A stretch of 47,764 nucleotides of DNA from an uncultured Planctomycetales bacterium (lineage in GTDB: Bacteria > Planctomycetota > PLA2 > JAEUHO01). Position numbers and translations under genes: made by a program. This document shows positions 8,952-18,284 of this stretch, piece by piece. The stretch is taken from the NCBI GenBank assembly GCA_964586025.1, contig CAZPGF010000004.1, positions 1-47,764 of the forward strand, given 5' to 3'. Position 1 is the first letter of the stretch, and each line of letters begins with the position of its first letter. Below the pieces are notes generated by a model. It was not told where the DNA came from and searched no databases. It was given only the letters and a program-made list of their open reading frames with translations.

Positions 8952-10538
8952 GTGAGCGACCTCCCGCCCCCCCCTCCGCCCCCCCGACCGGCCGCCGCAG
9001 CCGGCGGGTCCGGCACGCCGCCGTCGCCGCGTGGGGTGCTCGCCCGCAACGCGACGTGGAACGCCGCGTCGTACGTCCTCCACGCGCTCGTCCTGCTCGT
9101 CCTGAGCCCGTTCGTGGTCGAGCGACTCGGCCACGACCTGTTCGGCGTCTGGGTCATCATCAACACGCTGACCGGCTACCTGAACGTCGCCGACTTCGGG
9201 ATCCGACCGGCCATCGTCCACTTCGTCGCGCGGCACCACGCTCGCGACGAGATCGACGAGATCGAACGGCACGTCCACGGTGCGTTCGTCACGCTGGCGA
9301 TCGGCGGCGTGCTCGTGCTCCTCGCGACGCTCGTCGTCGCGCCGCGCCTGGGACCGTGGTTCGGCGTGGCGCCCGGACAGAGCGACGCCGCTGGCACGGC
9401 GCTGTGGATCACCGGGCTCTGCCTCGCCCTGAACCTTCCCCTCAATGCGTTCACGGCCGTGCTGATCGGCCGACAGCGATTCGACCTGACCTGCCGCATC
9501 GATCTCCTCTCGCTCGTCGCGAGCACCGCCGGCATCGTCCTCGTGCTCGCGCTCGACGGCGGGATCGTCGCGCTCGCCCTCGTGATCGGTCTGGTCGAGT
9601 TCGGCGAGATGCTGTGGAAGACGCGCCTCGCGTTCCGTGAGCAGCCGGGGCTGACGTTCTGGCCCCGACGCGCGTCGCGCCGAGCGGTGCGCGGGCTGCT
9701 CCAGTACGGCGGCTTCAACCTGATCGTGACCGCGTCCCTGCTGTTGTCCGACAAGACCGACGCGATCGTCGTCGGCGGCGCTCTCGGCGCGGCGTTCGTC
9801 ACCCTGTTCGACCGGGCCGCGAAGTTGCCGGTCCACGCCCGAACGCTCGTGTTCCAGGTCGGTCGCGTGCTGATGCCCGAACTCGGTGCGCGCGACGCGG
9901 TCGGTGATCGGGCCGGCGTGGTGCGGTTGCTGCAGGGATCCTCGCGCCGGATGCTGCTCGCGGCGACGCCCCTCCTGGCGTGGCTCGTGATCCTGGGCGG
10001 AGCATTCCTCGAGACCTGGATGCACGGCGATCGCTCGTTCCGCCTCGAGGCCGGTCCGAGCCTCGTCGTGCTCACCTTCGCGGCCCTGTTCCCGATCAGC
10101 AGCTACCCGCTCGTGATGGCGCACCAGGGCACCGGCCGCATGAAGGCGCTCGCGCTGCTCTCACTCGGCGAGGGACTCGCGAACCTCGGGCTGAGCCTCT
10201 GGTGGGTCGCCGGCCACGGGCTGGTCGGCGTCGCGTTCGGAACGCTGGTCCCCGCGGCCCTCGTGCACGGCGTCGTGCTGCCGTGGTGGAACGGACGTCG
10301 CCTCGGCTTCTCGCTCGCGACGTGGTGGGCGCAGACGCTCGCCCTGCCTCTGGTCGCGGGCGCCGTGTCGGTCGGCGTGCTGTCGCTCGCGTTCGATCAC
10401 TCCGCGAGCCACGGCTGGCTCGCCCTCGTGGGCGGTGGCGCGCTCTCGGTGGCCGTCGTCGCGGCGATCGCTTTCGCCGCGCCGCCCGGCGTCGGGCTGC
10501 GACGCGCCCGCGCGGTGGCGCAGGGGGCCGCGCCGTGA
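8952..10538 (+). CDS. Wzx-type oligosaccharide flippase
   Basis: ARNATWNAASY, LGHDLFGVW, ADFGIRPAIVHFVA; many TM helices; first gene of the rightward EPS operon. Confidence 0.85.
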   Translation: MSDLPPPPPPPRPAAAAGGSGTPPSPRGVLARNATWNAASYVLHALVLLVLSPFVVERLGHDLFGVWVIINTLTGYLNVADFGIRPAIVHFVARHHARDEIDEIERHVHGAFVTLAIGGVLVLLATLVVAPRLGPWFGVAPGQSDAAGTALWITGLCLALNLPLNAFTAVLIGRQRFDLTCRIDLLSLVASTAGIVLVLALDGGIVALALVIGLVEFGEMLWKTRLAFREQPGLTFWPRRASRRAVRGLLQYGGFNLIVTASLLLSDKTDAIVVGGALGAAFVTLFDRAAKLPVHARTLVFQVGRVLMPELGARDAVGDRAGVVRLLQGSSRRMLLAATPLLAWLVILGGAFLETWMHGDRSFRLEAGPSLVVLTFAALFPISSYPLVMAHQGTGRMKALALLSLGEGLANLGLSLWWVAGHGLVGVAFGTLVPAALVHGVVLPWWNGRRLGFSLATWWAQTLALPLVAGAVSVGVLSLAFDHSASHGWLALVGGGALSVAVVAAIAFAAPPGVGLRRARAVAQGAAP

Positions 10539-11905
10539 ACGTCTCCGCGTCCGAGCGCACCGCGCGCGCGGCTCTCGAGCGCGCCGATCGCCCCTGGGAG
10601 CCGCGTCTCCGCAGCGGCTTCTTCGCGTTCGCGAGGACGCACTTCGGCGGCCTCTCGCTTCACTTCTGGGTGCTGATGATCTACCTGTTCCTCGCGACGA
10701 GTTACGTCGACGAGTACCTGACCTCGCTCGAGGCGGTGCGCCCGCGCTCGTTCCTGGGCCTGTTCGCGCTGCTCGTCGCGATCGGGCGCTCGATCCAGGA
10801 GGGCCTGGCGAAACGCAAGCCGCTTGCGATCGAGCGGCCGCAGACGTTCTGGCTGGCGGCGTTCGTCGTGTCGTGCACGCTGTCGGCGTTCTTCGCGTTC
10901 GAGCCGGCGCTCGCGCAGCAGGCGCACATCGACCACGGGACGATGATGCTCTCCTACTTCCTCCTGGTCAGCATCGTCAGGACGCGGCGGGAGCTGCTGC
11001 TGACGCTCCTCGTGATGTGCGCGGGCGTCGGGACGTTCCTGGTGCTGTCGTTCATCGAGTGGCGGGCGGGACGCATGGACTACGCGCAGGGCGTCGTCCG
11101 CATGATGGGCGTTGGCTGGTCGAACGCGGACCCGAACAGTTTCGGCGCGACGATCGTGTTCACGCTGCCGCTCGTTCTCTGGGCCGGCGTGACGACGCGC
11201 TCGTGGTTCATTCGGCTCTGCTCCCTCGCCTACGCCGTGCTCGCGGTCTACTCGGTCTTCATGTCGTCCAGCCGCAGCGCCCTCGTGCTGACGGTGCTGA
11301 CGGGGTTGTTCACGCTGACGATCCTGCGCCGAGGTTGGCCCCGCTGGATCGGCGCGGCGCTCGTGGTCGTCGCGGGTGTGACGATGGCCGCTACGCTCAG
11401 CGAGTCCCAGAAGAAGCGCATCGCCAGCATCCTCGAAGGCGATACGTACACGCGCGAGTCGTCCACCGCGGACCGCATCGAGGGGTATCGGGTGGCGTTC
11501 CGGATCCTCGCCGACAACCCGGTCCTGGGCGTCGGCCCGGGCAACTGGAGCGCATACCGCGTGCGGCGGGTGGACGGACGGACGCTGCTCCCCCACAGCC
11601 TGACGGGGCAGATCGTCGCGACGCGCGGCATCCTGGGCACCGTGACCTTCCTCGGCTTCCTCTTCACGTCGATCACCTTTGCCGTGCGGCAGATGGCGCG
11701 GCGGCGCAACCCGCGAACCGCCTGGGATCGCGCGGTCGGGACGCTCTGCTGGACCTGCCTGTTCACGCTCGGACTGATGCTCGTGTCCGGACTCGCCGCG
11801 CACAACCTGGAGCGCGCCAACTGGTATTGGATCCCCGCGGTCATGGTGATCGCGGTCGCCGCGCGCAACGAGGACTGGGACATCCTCCGGGAGACGTCGA
11901 TATGA
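10535..11905 (+). CDS. O-antigen ligase / Wzy polymerase family membrane protein
   Basis: GTG 10535 overlaps the flippase stop; NADPNSFG, SSSRSAL, ADNPVLGVGPGNW, PHS; multi-TM. Confidence 0.85.
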   Translation: MNVSASERTARAALERADRPWEPRLRSGFFAFARTHFGGLSLHFWVLMIYLFLATSYVDEYLTSLEAVRPRSFLGLFALLVAIGRSIQEGLAKRKPLAIERPQTFWLAAFVVSCTLSAFFAFEPALAQQAHIDHGTMMLSYFLLVSIVRTRRELLLTLLVMCAGVGTFLVLSFIEWRAGRMDYAQGVVRMMGVGWSNADPNSFGATIVFTLPLVLWAGVTTRSWFIRLCSLAYAVLAVYSVFMSSSRSALVLTVLTGLFTLTILRRGWPRWIGAALVVVAGVTMAATLSESQKKRIASILEGDTYTRESSTADRIEGYRVAFRILADNPVLGVGPGNWSAYRVRRVDGRTLLPHSLTGQIVATRGILGTVTFLGFLFTSITFAVRQMARRRNPRTAWDRAVGTLCWTCLFTLGLMLVSGLAAHNLERANWYWIPAVMVIAVAARNEDWDILRETSI

Positions 11906-12825
11906 ACGGTTCACCGCGCCATGCGTTGACGGTGGACGTCGAGGACTGGTACCAGGTCAGCGCGTTCGAGCACGTCGTTTCCCGCGATCGGTGGGACCAG
12001 TACGAGAGCCGCGTCGTCCCGAACACGGAGCGGTTGCTCGACCTCTTCGCCCGACGCGGCGTCCGCGCGACGTTCTTCACGCTCGGCTGGGTCGCCGAGC
12101 GCCATCCGACGTTGATCGCACGCCTCGTCGAGGCCGGTCACGAGGTCGCGAGCCACGGCAGCGTTCACCGGCTCGTGCACGGACTCACGCCGGAGACCTT
12201 CCGAGAGGACCTCGCCCGGGCGCGTCGCGCGCTGGAAGCCGCCGCGCCGATCCGAATCCGCTCGTTCCGCGCGCCGTCGTTCTCGCTGACGCGCGAATCC
12301 ACGTGGGCGTACGACGTACTCCGCGACGAGGGCTACACCGTGTCGAGCAGTGTGTTCCCCGTCCGTCACGATCGGTACGGCATCCCGGACTTCCCGCGCG
12401 GACCGGTCCGCGTCGAGGACGAGAAGGGGGCGTGGATCTGGGAGTTGCCGATGACGACGTGGCGCGTCGCCGGGCGCAACGTGCCGGCGAGCGGCGGTGG
12501 GTGGCTGCGCCTCCTGCCCCTCGGCGTGATGCGCGCCGGTCTCCGCCAGGCCGAGGCCGACGGACGCCCGGGCATGCTCTACCTCCATCCTTGGGAGGTA
12601 GACCCGGACCAACCGCGGCTGCGCGAGGCCTCGCGACGGGCGCGCTTCCGGCACACGGTCAACCTCGCGCGGACCGCCGGGCGCATCGACCGCCTGCTCG
12701 ACGAATTCTCGTTCGGTGCCGTGGCGGACGTCGTGGCCGGCCTCGAGGCCGGTCGGTTCGCGGGCCCCGTGGAACGCCGTGTGCTCACCGGGCGAGCCGC
12801 CGCCGCGCCGACGGCTTCTCGATGA
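11902..12825 (+). CDS. Polysaccharide deacetylase, XrtA/PEP-CTERM-system type
   Basis: HALTVDVEDWYQVSAFE, RATFFTLGWVAE, HEVASHG, FRAPSFS, YLHPWEVDPDQPR; ATGA overlap at 11902. Confidence 0.9.
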   Translation: MNGSPRHALTVDVEDWYQVSAFEHVVSRDRWDQYESRVVPNTERLLDLFARRGVRATFFTLGWVAERHPTLIARLVEAGHEVASHGSVHRLVHGLTPETFREDLARARRALEAAAPIRIRSFRAPSFSLTRESTWAYDVLRDEGYTVSSSVFPVRHDRYGIPDFPRGPVRVEDEKGAWIWELPMTTWRVAGRNVPASGGGWLRLLPLGVMRAGLRQAEADGRPGMLYLHPWEVDPDQPRLREASRRARFRHTVNLARTAGRIDRLLDEFSFGAVADVVAGLEAGRFAGPVERRVLTGRAAAAPTASR

Positions 12826-15254
12826 TCGTCCCGGACCGGGCCGGCGCGACGGTACGGGGTAGGCTCGCCCTCGTGAACACACATCGCCCCTCTGTGCGCC
12901 GAGAGCGTGCCGTCCCGCGTCGCGCAGGCGTCCTTTCGGTGTTCCTTGCGCTCGTCGCGTGCGGCGGTGGACGCGGACCGACCTCCCCCGAGGAACTTCC
13001 GATCCCGCCGCAGTACGTCGCGCCGCCCCTGATCGCGGAGGAGGACGGCGTCGCGCCGACCGCGCTCGAGGGGTTGTTCGCCTGGCCGGGCGATGCCGCC
13101 GGCACGGTGCGCCTGACGTTCACCGTGCCCGCGAACGCCGGTCTCGTTCGCGGATACGACGTGCGGACATCGCCGGCCCACCTCACGCCGGATCCCGCAT
13201 CGCCGCACTTCGCCGGTAACGCGCCCGCCGTACCGACCCGCTTCGGGCACGTCCGTCCCGGCGAACCGGTGACGATCGAGGCGTTCGGTCTCGAGTCCGG
13301 TCGGACGATGCAGTTCGCCGTTCGCGTCGAGTTCGCAACCGGCTTCGGACCCTTCAGCCACGGCGTGGGACTTCGCGTTCCCGGCGCGGTGCGCGGTCCG
13401 GAGGGTACGGCCACCGTGCTGACCGCGCCCGGCGCGATCACGCAACCGGGGCACTATCGACTCGGCAACGACATCACGGCGGCCGACACCGCGTTCACGA
13501 TCGAGGCCTCCGGCGTCGAACTCGACCTCAACGGCCGCACGATCACCTACGGGACGGCGGGCAACGAGGGCAAGCCGGGCATCGTCTCGCATTGGCAGAA
13601 CGAACCGGGCCTGACGTGGATCCACGGCGGGACGATCCGCCAGGGTGCGCCCGGCGCGCGATCGGCCGCGATCGAGTTCCGAGGCGGACACGATCTGCGG
13701 TTCTCGTCGCTGACGCTCGACGTCGTCGGCCCGGACTCGAGCGCCCTCGTCGTCTTCGAGCAGCCGGCCGGCGACGTTCGCGTGGACCACTGCACGATTG
13801 CGACGCGGACCGAGACGGTCGTCGATCGCCACTTTCCGGGCGTCGCCGCGATCTGGATGGGCGGCATCGTCCACGGCTGCGAGATCGACCAGAATCGGAT
13901 CACCCACACGCCGCAGTGGGGCATCTACGTCCAGGGCAACACGACCGATCGCCCGTTCCGGATCCACCACAACGAGGTCCTCGGCACGCGCTCCTGCGTC
14001 GCCAACGCCTACATGATCGGCGTCTACAAGCCGGACGCCGACGTCTACGAGAACGAACTCGTCGGCGAGAGCCGCGGCGTCCACGTGGACGGCCAGGACG
14101 CGGCGGGACTTCGCTGCCTGCTCCACGACAACCGGATTCGCGCGCAGGACCGCCCGAACGACGAGTTCCCCCAGCATTGGACGCACGGCATCCGCCTGGA
14201 GACGGCGACCGACGTGCGCGCCTACCACAACGACGTCCTCGCCGAGGCCGACGCCGACCACGCCGACGCGTACGCGCTCTCGATTTCGATGGACGCCGCG
14301 CAACGCGTGCAGGTCTACGGCAATCGCTTCCGCGCCCGGTCGACGCATGCGCCCTTCGCAGCCAAGGCCTACGTCTGGGCGGGCGGCGCCACCAATCCGC
14401 CCGCCGACATCGACGTGCACCACAACGTCTTCGCCGCGACGGACGTCCTGATCCAGCGCGAGTGGGACGGCAGCCACGGCGGGCCGACCCGCGACAACCT
14501 CTGGCTCCGCGATCTCGCCCAGGGCCCGGATCGTCCCCTGCTCTTCGAGCGCATCGACGTCAGCGACCTCGTGCCGAGCACGGGGCACAGCCTGCTCGAC
14601 CCGATCACGGTCGAGTCGATGGACGCGATCACGGAATGGGCGAATCCCGCGACGTGGCGCAGCGAGCGTCGGTTCACCCTGCGCATCGTCGCGCGCGACG
14701 TCGTCGGACAGCCGGCCGGCGGCGCGACGGTCGCCGTGCGCGATCGCGAGGACCAGGAGGTCGCGACCGGCACGACCGACGCGAGTGGCCGCCTCGACCT
14801 GCCGCTCGTCTCACGCGTCGCCTCGAACGGCCCGTCGTTCGACTCGCGCGGTCCGTTCACGGTTTCGGTCCAGCACGCGCTCGGGTCGTACCAGGGAACC
14901 CATGCCGTGACGTCGCGCACGGCCCTGATCGTCGCGCTCGACGCCACGTCCTCGGCGACGATGGACACCTCGCCGCCGGCGGCGCCGACGACGCTGTGGG
15001 CCCATGCGCTGTCGGCGTCGCGCGTCCGCGTGCGCTGGGAGGGCGAGGCGGACGACTCCGGCCTGGTGTCCTACCTCCTCGAGGTGGACGGCGAACCGCG
15101 CGCGCTCACGCGGGTGCCCGAAGCGATCCTCGGCGGTCTCGATCCGGCGACGCCGATCTCGATCGGCGTGCGTCGGATCGACGCCGGCGGCAACACGAGC
15201 GACGCGGGTGGGCCGTTCGTCGTCACGACCTGGGCGGAGGATCGCGGTCGCTGA
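12822..15254 (+). CDS. Large predicted lipoprotein with right-handed beta-helix (pectin-lyase-like) core and Ig/FN3-like ends
   Basis: Lipobox LALVAC (Cys codon 12960); TITQPGHYRLGNDI, VELDLNGRTI, repeated (I/V)xxNxI strands; C-terminal PAAPTTL...VRVRW...YLLEVDG; start may be GTG 12873 or 12894. Confidence 0.75.
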   Translation: MIVPDRAGATVRGRLALVNTHRPSVRRERAVPRRAGVLSVFLALVACGGGRGPTSPEELPIPPQYVAPPLIAEEDGVAPTALEGLFAWPGDAAGTVRLTFTVPANAGLVRGYDVRTSPAHLTPDPASPHFAGNAPAVPTRFGHVRPGEPVTIEAFGLESGRTMQFAVRVEFATGFGPFSHGVGLRVPGAVRGPEGTATVLTAPGAITQPGHYRLGNDITAADTAFTIEASGVELDLNGRTITYGTAGNEGKPGIVSHWQNEPGLTWIHGGTIRQGAPGARSAAIEFRGGHDLRFSSLTLDVVGPDSSALVVFEQPAGDVRVDHCTIATRTETVVDRHFPGVAAIWMGGIVHGCEIDQNRITHTPQWGIYVQGNTTDRPFRIHHNEVLGTRSCVANAYMIGVYKPDADVYENELVGESRGVHVDGQDAAGLRCLLHDNRIRAQDRPNDEFPQHWTHGIRLETATDVRAYHNDVLAEADADHADAYALSISMDAAQRVQVYGNRFRARSTHAPFAAKAYVWAGGATNPPADIDVHHNVFAATDVLIQREWDGSHGGPTRDNLWLRDLAQGPDRPLLFERIDVSDLVPSTGHSLLDPITVESMDAITEWANPATWRSERRFTLRIVARDVVGQPAGGATVAVRDREDQEVATGTTDASGRLDLPLVSRVASNGPSFDSRGPFTVSVQHALGSYQGTHAVTSRTALIVALDATSSATMDTSPPAAPTTLWAHALSASRVRVRWEGEADDSGLVSYLLEVDGEPRALTRVPEAILGGLDPATPISIGVRRIDAGGNTSDAGGPFVVTTWAEDRGR

Positions 15255-16414
15255 TGCCGCCCGAACCCGCGCCGGTGCGCGTCGTCCACGTGCGGAACAG
15301 CGACCGGGTCAGCGGTCCCGAACGCCTGCTCATCGACCAGGCGCGGCACGCGAGCCCGGCCATCGAGGTCCACGTCGCGGTCTTCGCGCCGCCGGGACGG
15401 CCGTCGGCGTTCCTCGACATGGCCGAACGCGAGGGCGTGCGCGTCCTTCGCATCGAACAGCGCTCCTCGTACGACCCGCGCCTCGTCGGACGCCTGCACG
15501 AGCGGCTCACCGCCGTCGGCGCGGACCTCGTCGTCACGCACGACTACAAGGCGAACTTCGTCGGGCGCCGCGCGGCCCGCCTCGGGGCGATTCCGTGGAT
15601 CGCGGTGGCGCACGGCTACACGGCCGAGGACCTGAAGGTGCGAGTGTTCGAGGCGCTCGATCGCCGCGCGTTGCGTCGTGCCGATGCCGTGGTCGTCGTC
15701 TCGGAGGCGCTGCGCGAGCGACTTCGACGCGGCGGCGTCCCGGAGGACCGCCTCCACGGCGTCGACAACGGGATCGACGTCGCGCGCGTGATCGAGGCGG
15801 CGGAGGCGAGTCGAGACCGAGCGCGTGCCGCGCTCGGCGCGAGCGAGGGGGACGCTCTCGTCGTCGCACTCGGACGCACCAGCCCCGAGAAGGGTCAGGA
15901 CCTGTTGCTGGAGGCCTTTGCGCGACTCGCCGAATCGCGTCCGGCCCTGCGTCTCGCTCTCGTCGGCGACGGCCCCCTGCTCGAAGGACTGGCCCGGCGC
16001 GCGGATGCGGCGGGCCTCCGCGAACGGGTCGCGCTGCCCGGGTGGCGCGACGACGGCCCCGCGTGCCTGGCCGTCGCGGACGTGGTCGTGATGCCGAGTC
16101 GATCCGAGGGGCTGCCGATCGCGTTGCTCGAGGCGCTGGCCGTCGGAACGCCGGTCGTCGTCACCGATGTCGGCGCGATGGCGGACGTCGTCGAGGGCGG
16201 AAGCGCCGGACTGGTCGTGCCGCCGAACGACGTCGCCGCGCTCGCCGACGCGATCGCCGCGACCCTCGACTTCCCTGGTGCCGCACGTGCGCGCGCCGCG
16301 CTCGGTCGTCGCCGCGTCGAGACCCGCTACGGCACGCGCGCCCAGGCGGCGCGCCTCGAGGCCCTCTACCTCTCGGTCGTCGCACGATCCCGCCGCCGGT
16401 ATCCGTTCAGGTGA
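15254..16414 (+). CDS. Glycosyltransferase family 4 (GT-B)
   Basis: TGATG overlap; SGPER, VVTHDYK, VDNGID, LGRTSPEKGQD, VMPSRSEGLPIALLEALAVGTPVVVTDVG. Confidence 0.92.
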   Translation: MPPEPAPVRVVHVRNSDRVSGPERLLIDQARHASPAIEVHVAVFAPPGRPSAFLDMAEREGVRVLRIEQRSSYDPRLVGRLHERLTAVGADLVVTHDYKANFVGRRAARLGAIPWIAVAHGYTAEDLKVRVFEALDRRALRRADAVVVVSEALRERLRRGGVPEDRLHGVDNGIDVARVIEAAEASRDRARAALGASEGDALVVALGRTSPEKGQDLLLEAFARLAESRPALRLALVGDGPLLEGLARRADAAGLRERVALPGWRDDGPACLAVADVVVMPSRSEGLPIALLEALAVGTPVVVTDVGAMADVVEGGSAGLVVPPNDVAALADAIAATLDFPGAARARAALGRRRVETRYGTRAQAARLEALYLSVVARSRRRYPFR

Positions 16415-16577
16415 GCGGCAGCGCGAACCGGGCGCCGCGCCGGGGGCCCCTCGGGCGTCGGTTCTGGGCGGACGCGCCGGCACCCCGGTCGCCCCTTGTC
16501 GTAGGGGCCGCGTCACGGGTACGGTGCGCGTGCGTCGGGCGCAGCCCCGCCGCGACCCTTCCGAGAGGTGGATTTCG

Positions 16578-16973
16578 ATGATTCGTCTCGTCGCCCTGTT
16601 CGCGGCCATGAGCGTCGCCGTCAGCCTGGCCGCATGCTCCGGCGGCCCGAGCCTCCCCGATCCGCTCGGGCTGTTCTCCGGTGGCTCGTCCGATCCGGTG
16701 GCGCCCCGCGACTCGTCGCCGTACATCCCGCCGGAAGCCCCGGAGTACACCCCGGGCGGCTCCTCGCCGTCGTACACGCCGCCGAGCGGCTACGACTCGG
16801 GCTACGGCTACACCGATCCCGGCTACACGGATCCGGGTTCGTACCCGTCGCCGACGTACCCCGACCCCGGCTACCCGTCGCCGAGCTATCCCGATTCGAG
16901 CGGCGGCTATCCCGCTCCCGCTCCGGACAGCGGCGGTGCCGCGTGCGGTGCCGGCGGCCGCGCCTGCTCGTAG
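16578..16973 (+). CDS. Small predicted lipoprotein (131 aa) with Tyr/Pro/Ser/Gly repeats and a C-terminal Cys pair
   Basis: ATG 16578 after GAGGTGG; signal MIRLVALFAAMSVAVSLAAC; YTDPG/YPSPT/YPDPG/YPSPS repeats; ends ACGAGGRACS. Confidence 0.75.
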   Translation: MIRLVALFAAMSVAVSLAACSGGPSLPDPLGLFSGGSSDPVAPRDSSPYIPPEAPEYTPGGSSPSYTPPSGYDSGYGYTDPGYTDPGSYPSPTYPDPGYPSPSYPDSSGGYPAPAPDSGGAACGAGGRACS

Positions 16974-17096
16974 ACCGGCTTCGCACGAGTCACGCGCCGC
17001 TCCTGTGGACCGGCGCGTGACGGAAGCCGACGAGCGTTCCGCAAGGTGCGTCGAGGCGCCGAGAGGGGTTCGCTCCCCGGGATCGGAGGTTCCGTC

Positions 17097-18173
17097 GTGA
17101 GCACGTCGATCGTCTCTCCGCCCCCGCGCCGACCCCTCTTCGTGGCGATCGGCGTCTTCGCGGCCTTCGTCGTCGGCGCCGTGCTCCTCTACGGCGTGTA
17201 CGGCAAGGCGCTGAACCCGGATGCGTGGGTGCGTCACGTCGAAGACCAGGGCATCGTGGTGCCCCTCCTGCGACTGGACCTGACCTTCGGTCTTCCGTCC
17301 GACGTCTTCGCCGTCCTCGCGATCTTCGTCGAAGGACTCGTCGGCCTGCTGCTCGTCTTCAGCGTCCGCCGCCTCTGGGTGCTGATCCCGGCGCTCCTGC
17401 TCTCGTTGCTGTTCATCGGGATCTCCGCTCGCGAATGGCATCACGCGGACGAGAAGGCGACGCCCCACGCGACGTGCGGCTGCTTCGGGACGGTCACGAC
17501 GCGGACGCCGAAGGAAGCGTTCTTCCAGGATCTCGCCCTCCTGCTCGTCCCGTCGCTCTTGGCGTTCCTCGGTCGGCCGCGCACGGGTCCGTGGATTCCG
17601 CGACGGCGCACGACCGCAGCCGTCGTCGGCGCCGCGCTCGCCGCGGGGTTCTCGCTGGTCTCCCCGGACATCGAGGCCCTGGACGATCTCGGAACGCAGT
17701 TGAAACCGGGACGTCGTGTGGACTCCCTGTGTGTCGGAGGCGAGTCGCGGATCTGCCTCGGTGGCAAACCGCCTGCGGGAGACGACCCGGCGGTGCCCCA
17801 ACTCGGCGAGGGCCGCCACATCGTCGTTCTGACCCAACTCGACGAGCCCGACTTCCTCGCGGCGATCCCGACGCTGAACGAGTACGCCGACACCTGGTCC
17901 GAGCGCTTCCTCGCCGCGGAGGACGCGGGAGCCGACGCGCCGAGCGAGCCGGAACTCTGGATCGTCACATCCGCCGTCGGCGACGAGGGGTTGGCCTGGT
18001 CCGCGGGCGACGAGGAGTCGGGCCGGCCACCGGCGACGTTCACGATTCGCGGGATCCCCGATCCACTCCTGACGTTGATGTTCCGCCGCCTGCCGCGCTC
18101 GTTCCTCGTCGAGGGCGGCATCGTCAAGGAGACGTGGCGGGGACTGCCTCCGCTGCCCGCGTTCAAGCGCTGA
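17097..18173 (+). CDS. MauE/DoxX-family membrane protein fused to a soluble thioredoxin-like domain
   Basis: Four or five TMs with the MauE-type CGCFG motif; C-terminal domain ending FRRLPRSFLVEGGIVKETW; start GTG 17097. Confidence 0.75.
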   Translation: MSTSIVSPPPRRPLFVAIGVFAAFVVGAVLLYGVYGKALNPDAWVRHVEDQGIVVPLLRLDLTFGLPSDVFAVLAIFVEGLVGLLLVFSVRRLWVLIPALLLSLLFIGISAREWHHADEKATPHATCGCFGTVTTRTPKEAFFQDLALLLVPSLLAFLGRPRTGPWIPRRRTTAAVVGAALAAGFSLVSPDIEALDDLGTQLKPGRRVDSLCVGGESRICLGGKPPAGDDPAVPQLGEGRHIVVLTQLDEPDFLAAIPTLNEYADTWSERFLAAEDAGADAPSEPELWIVTSAVGDEGLAWSAGDEESGRPPATFTIRGIPDPLLTLMFRRLPRSFLVEGGIVKETWRGLPPLPAFKR

Positions 18174-18284
18174 GCGGACCGCTTGGGAAACTCCGGCCCC
18201 CCGCGAGGCGCGGCCCCCCGCAGGGGGTAAGGTTGGGAGCGGACGATCCGACTGCCGGCGGTCCGTCTGAAGGAGGTCCCGCCC

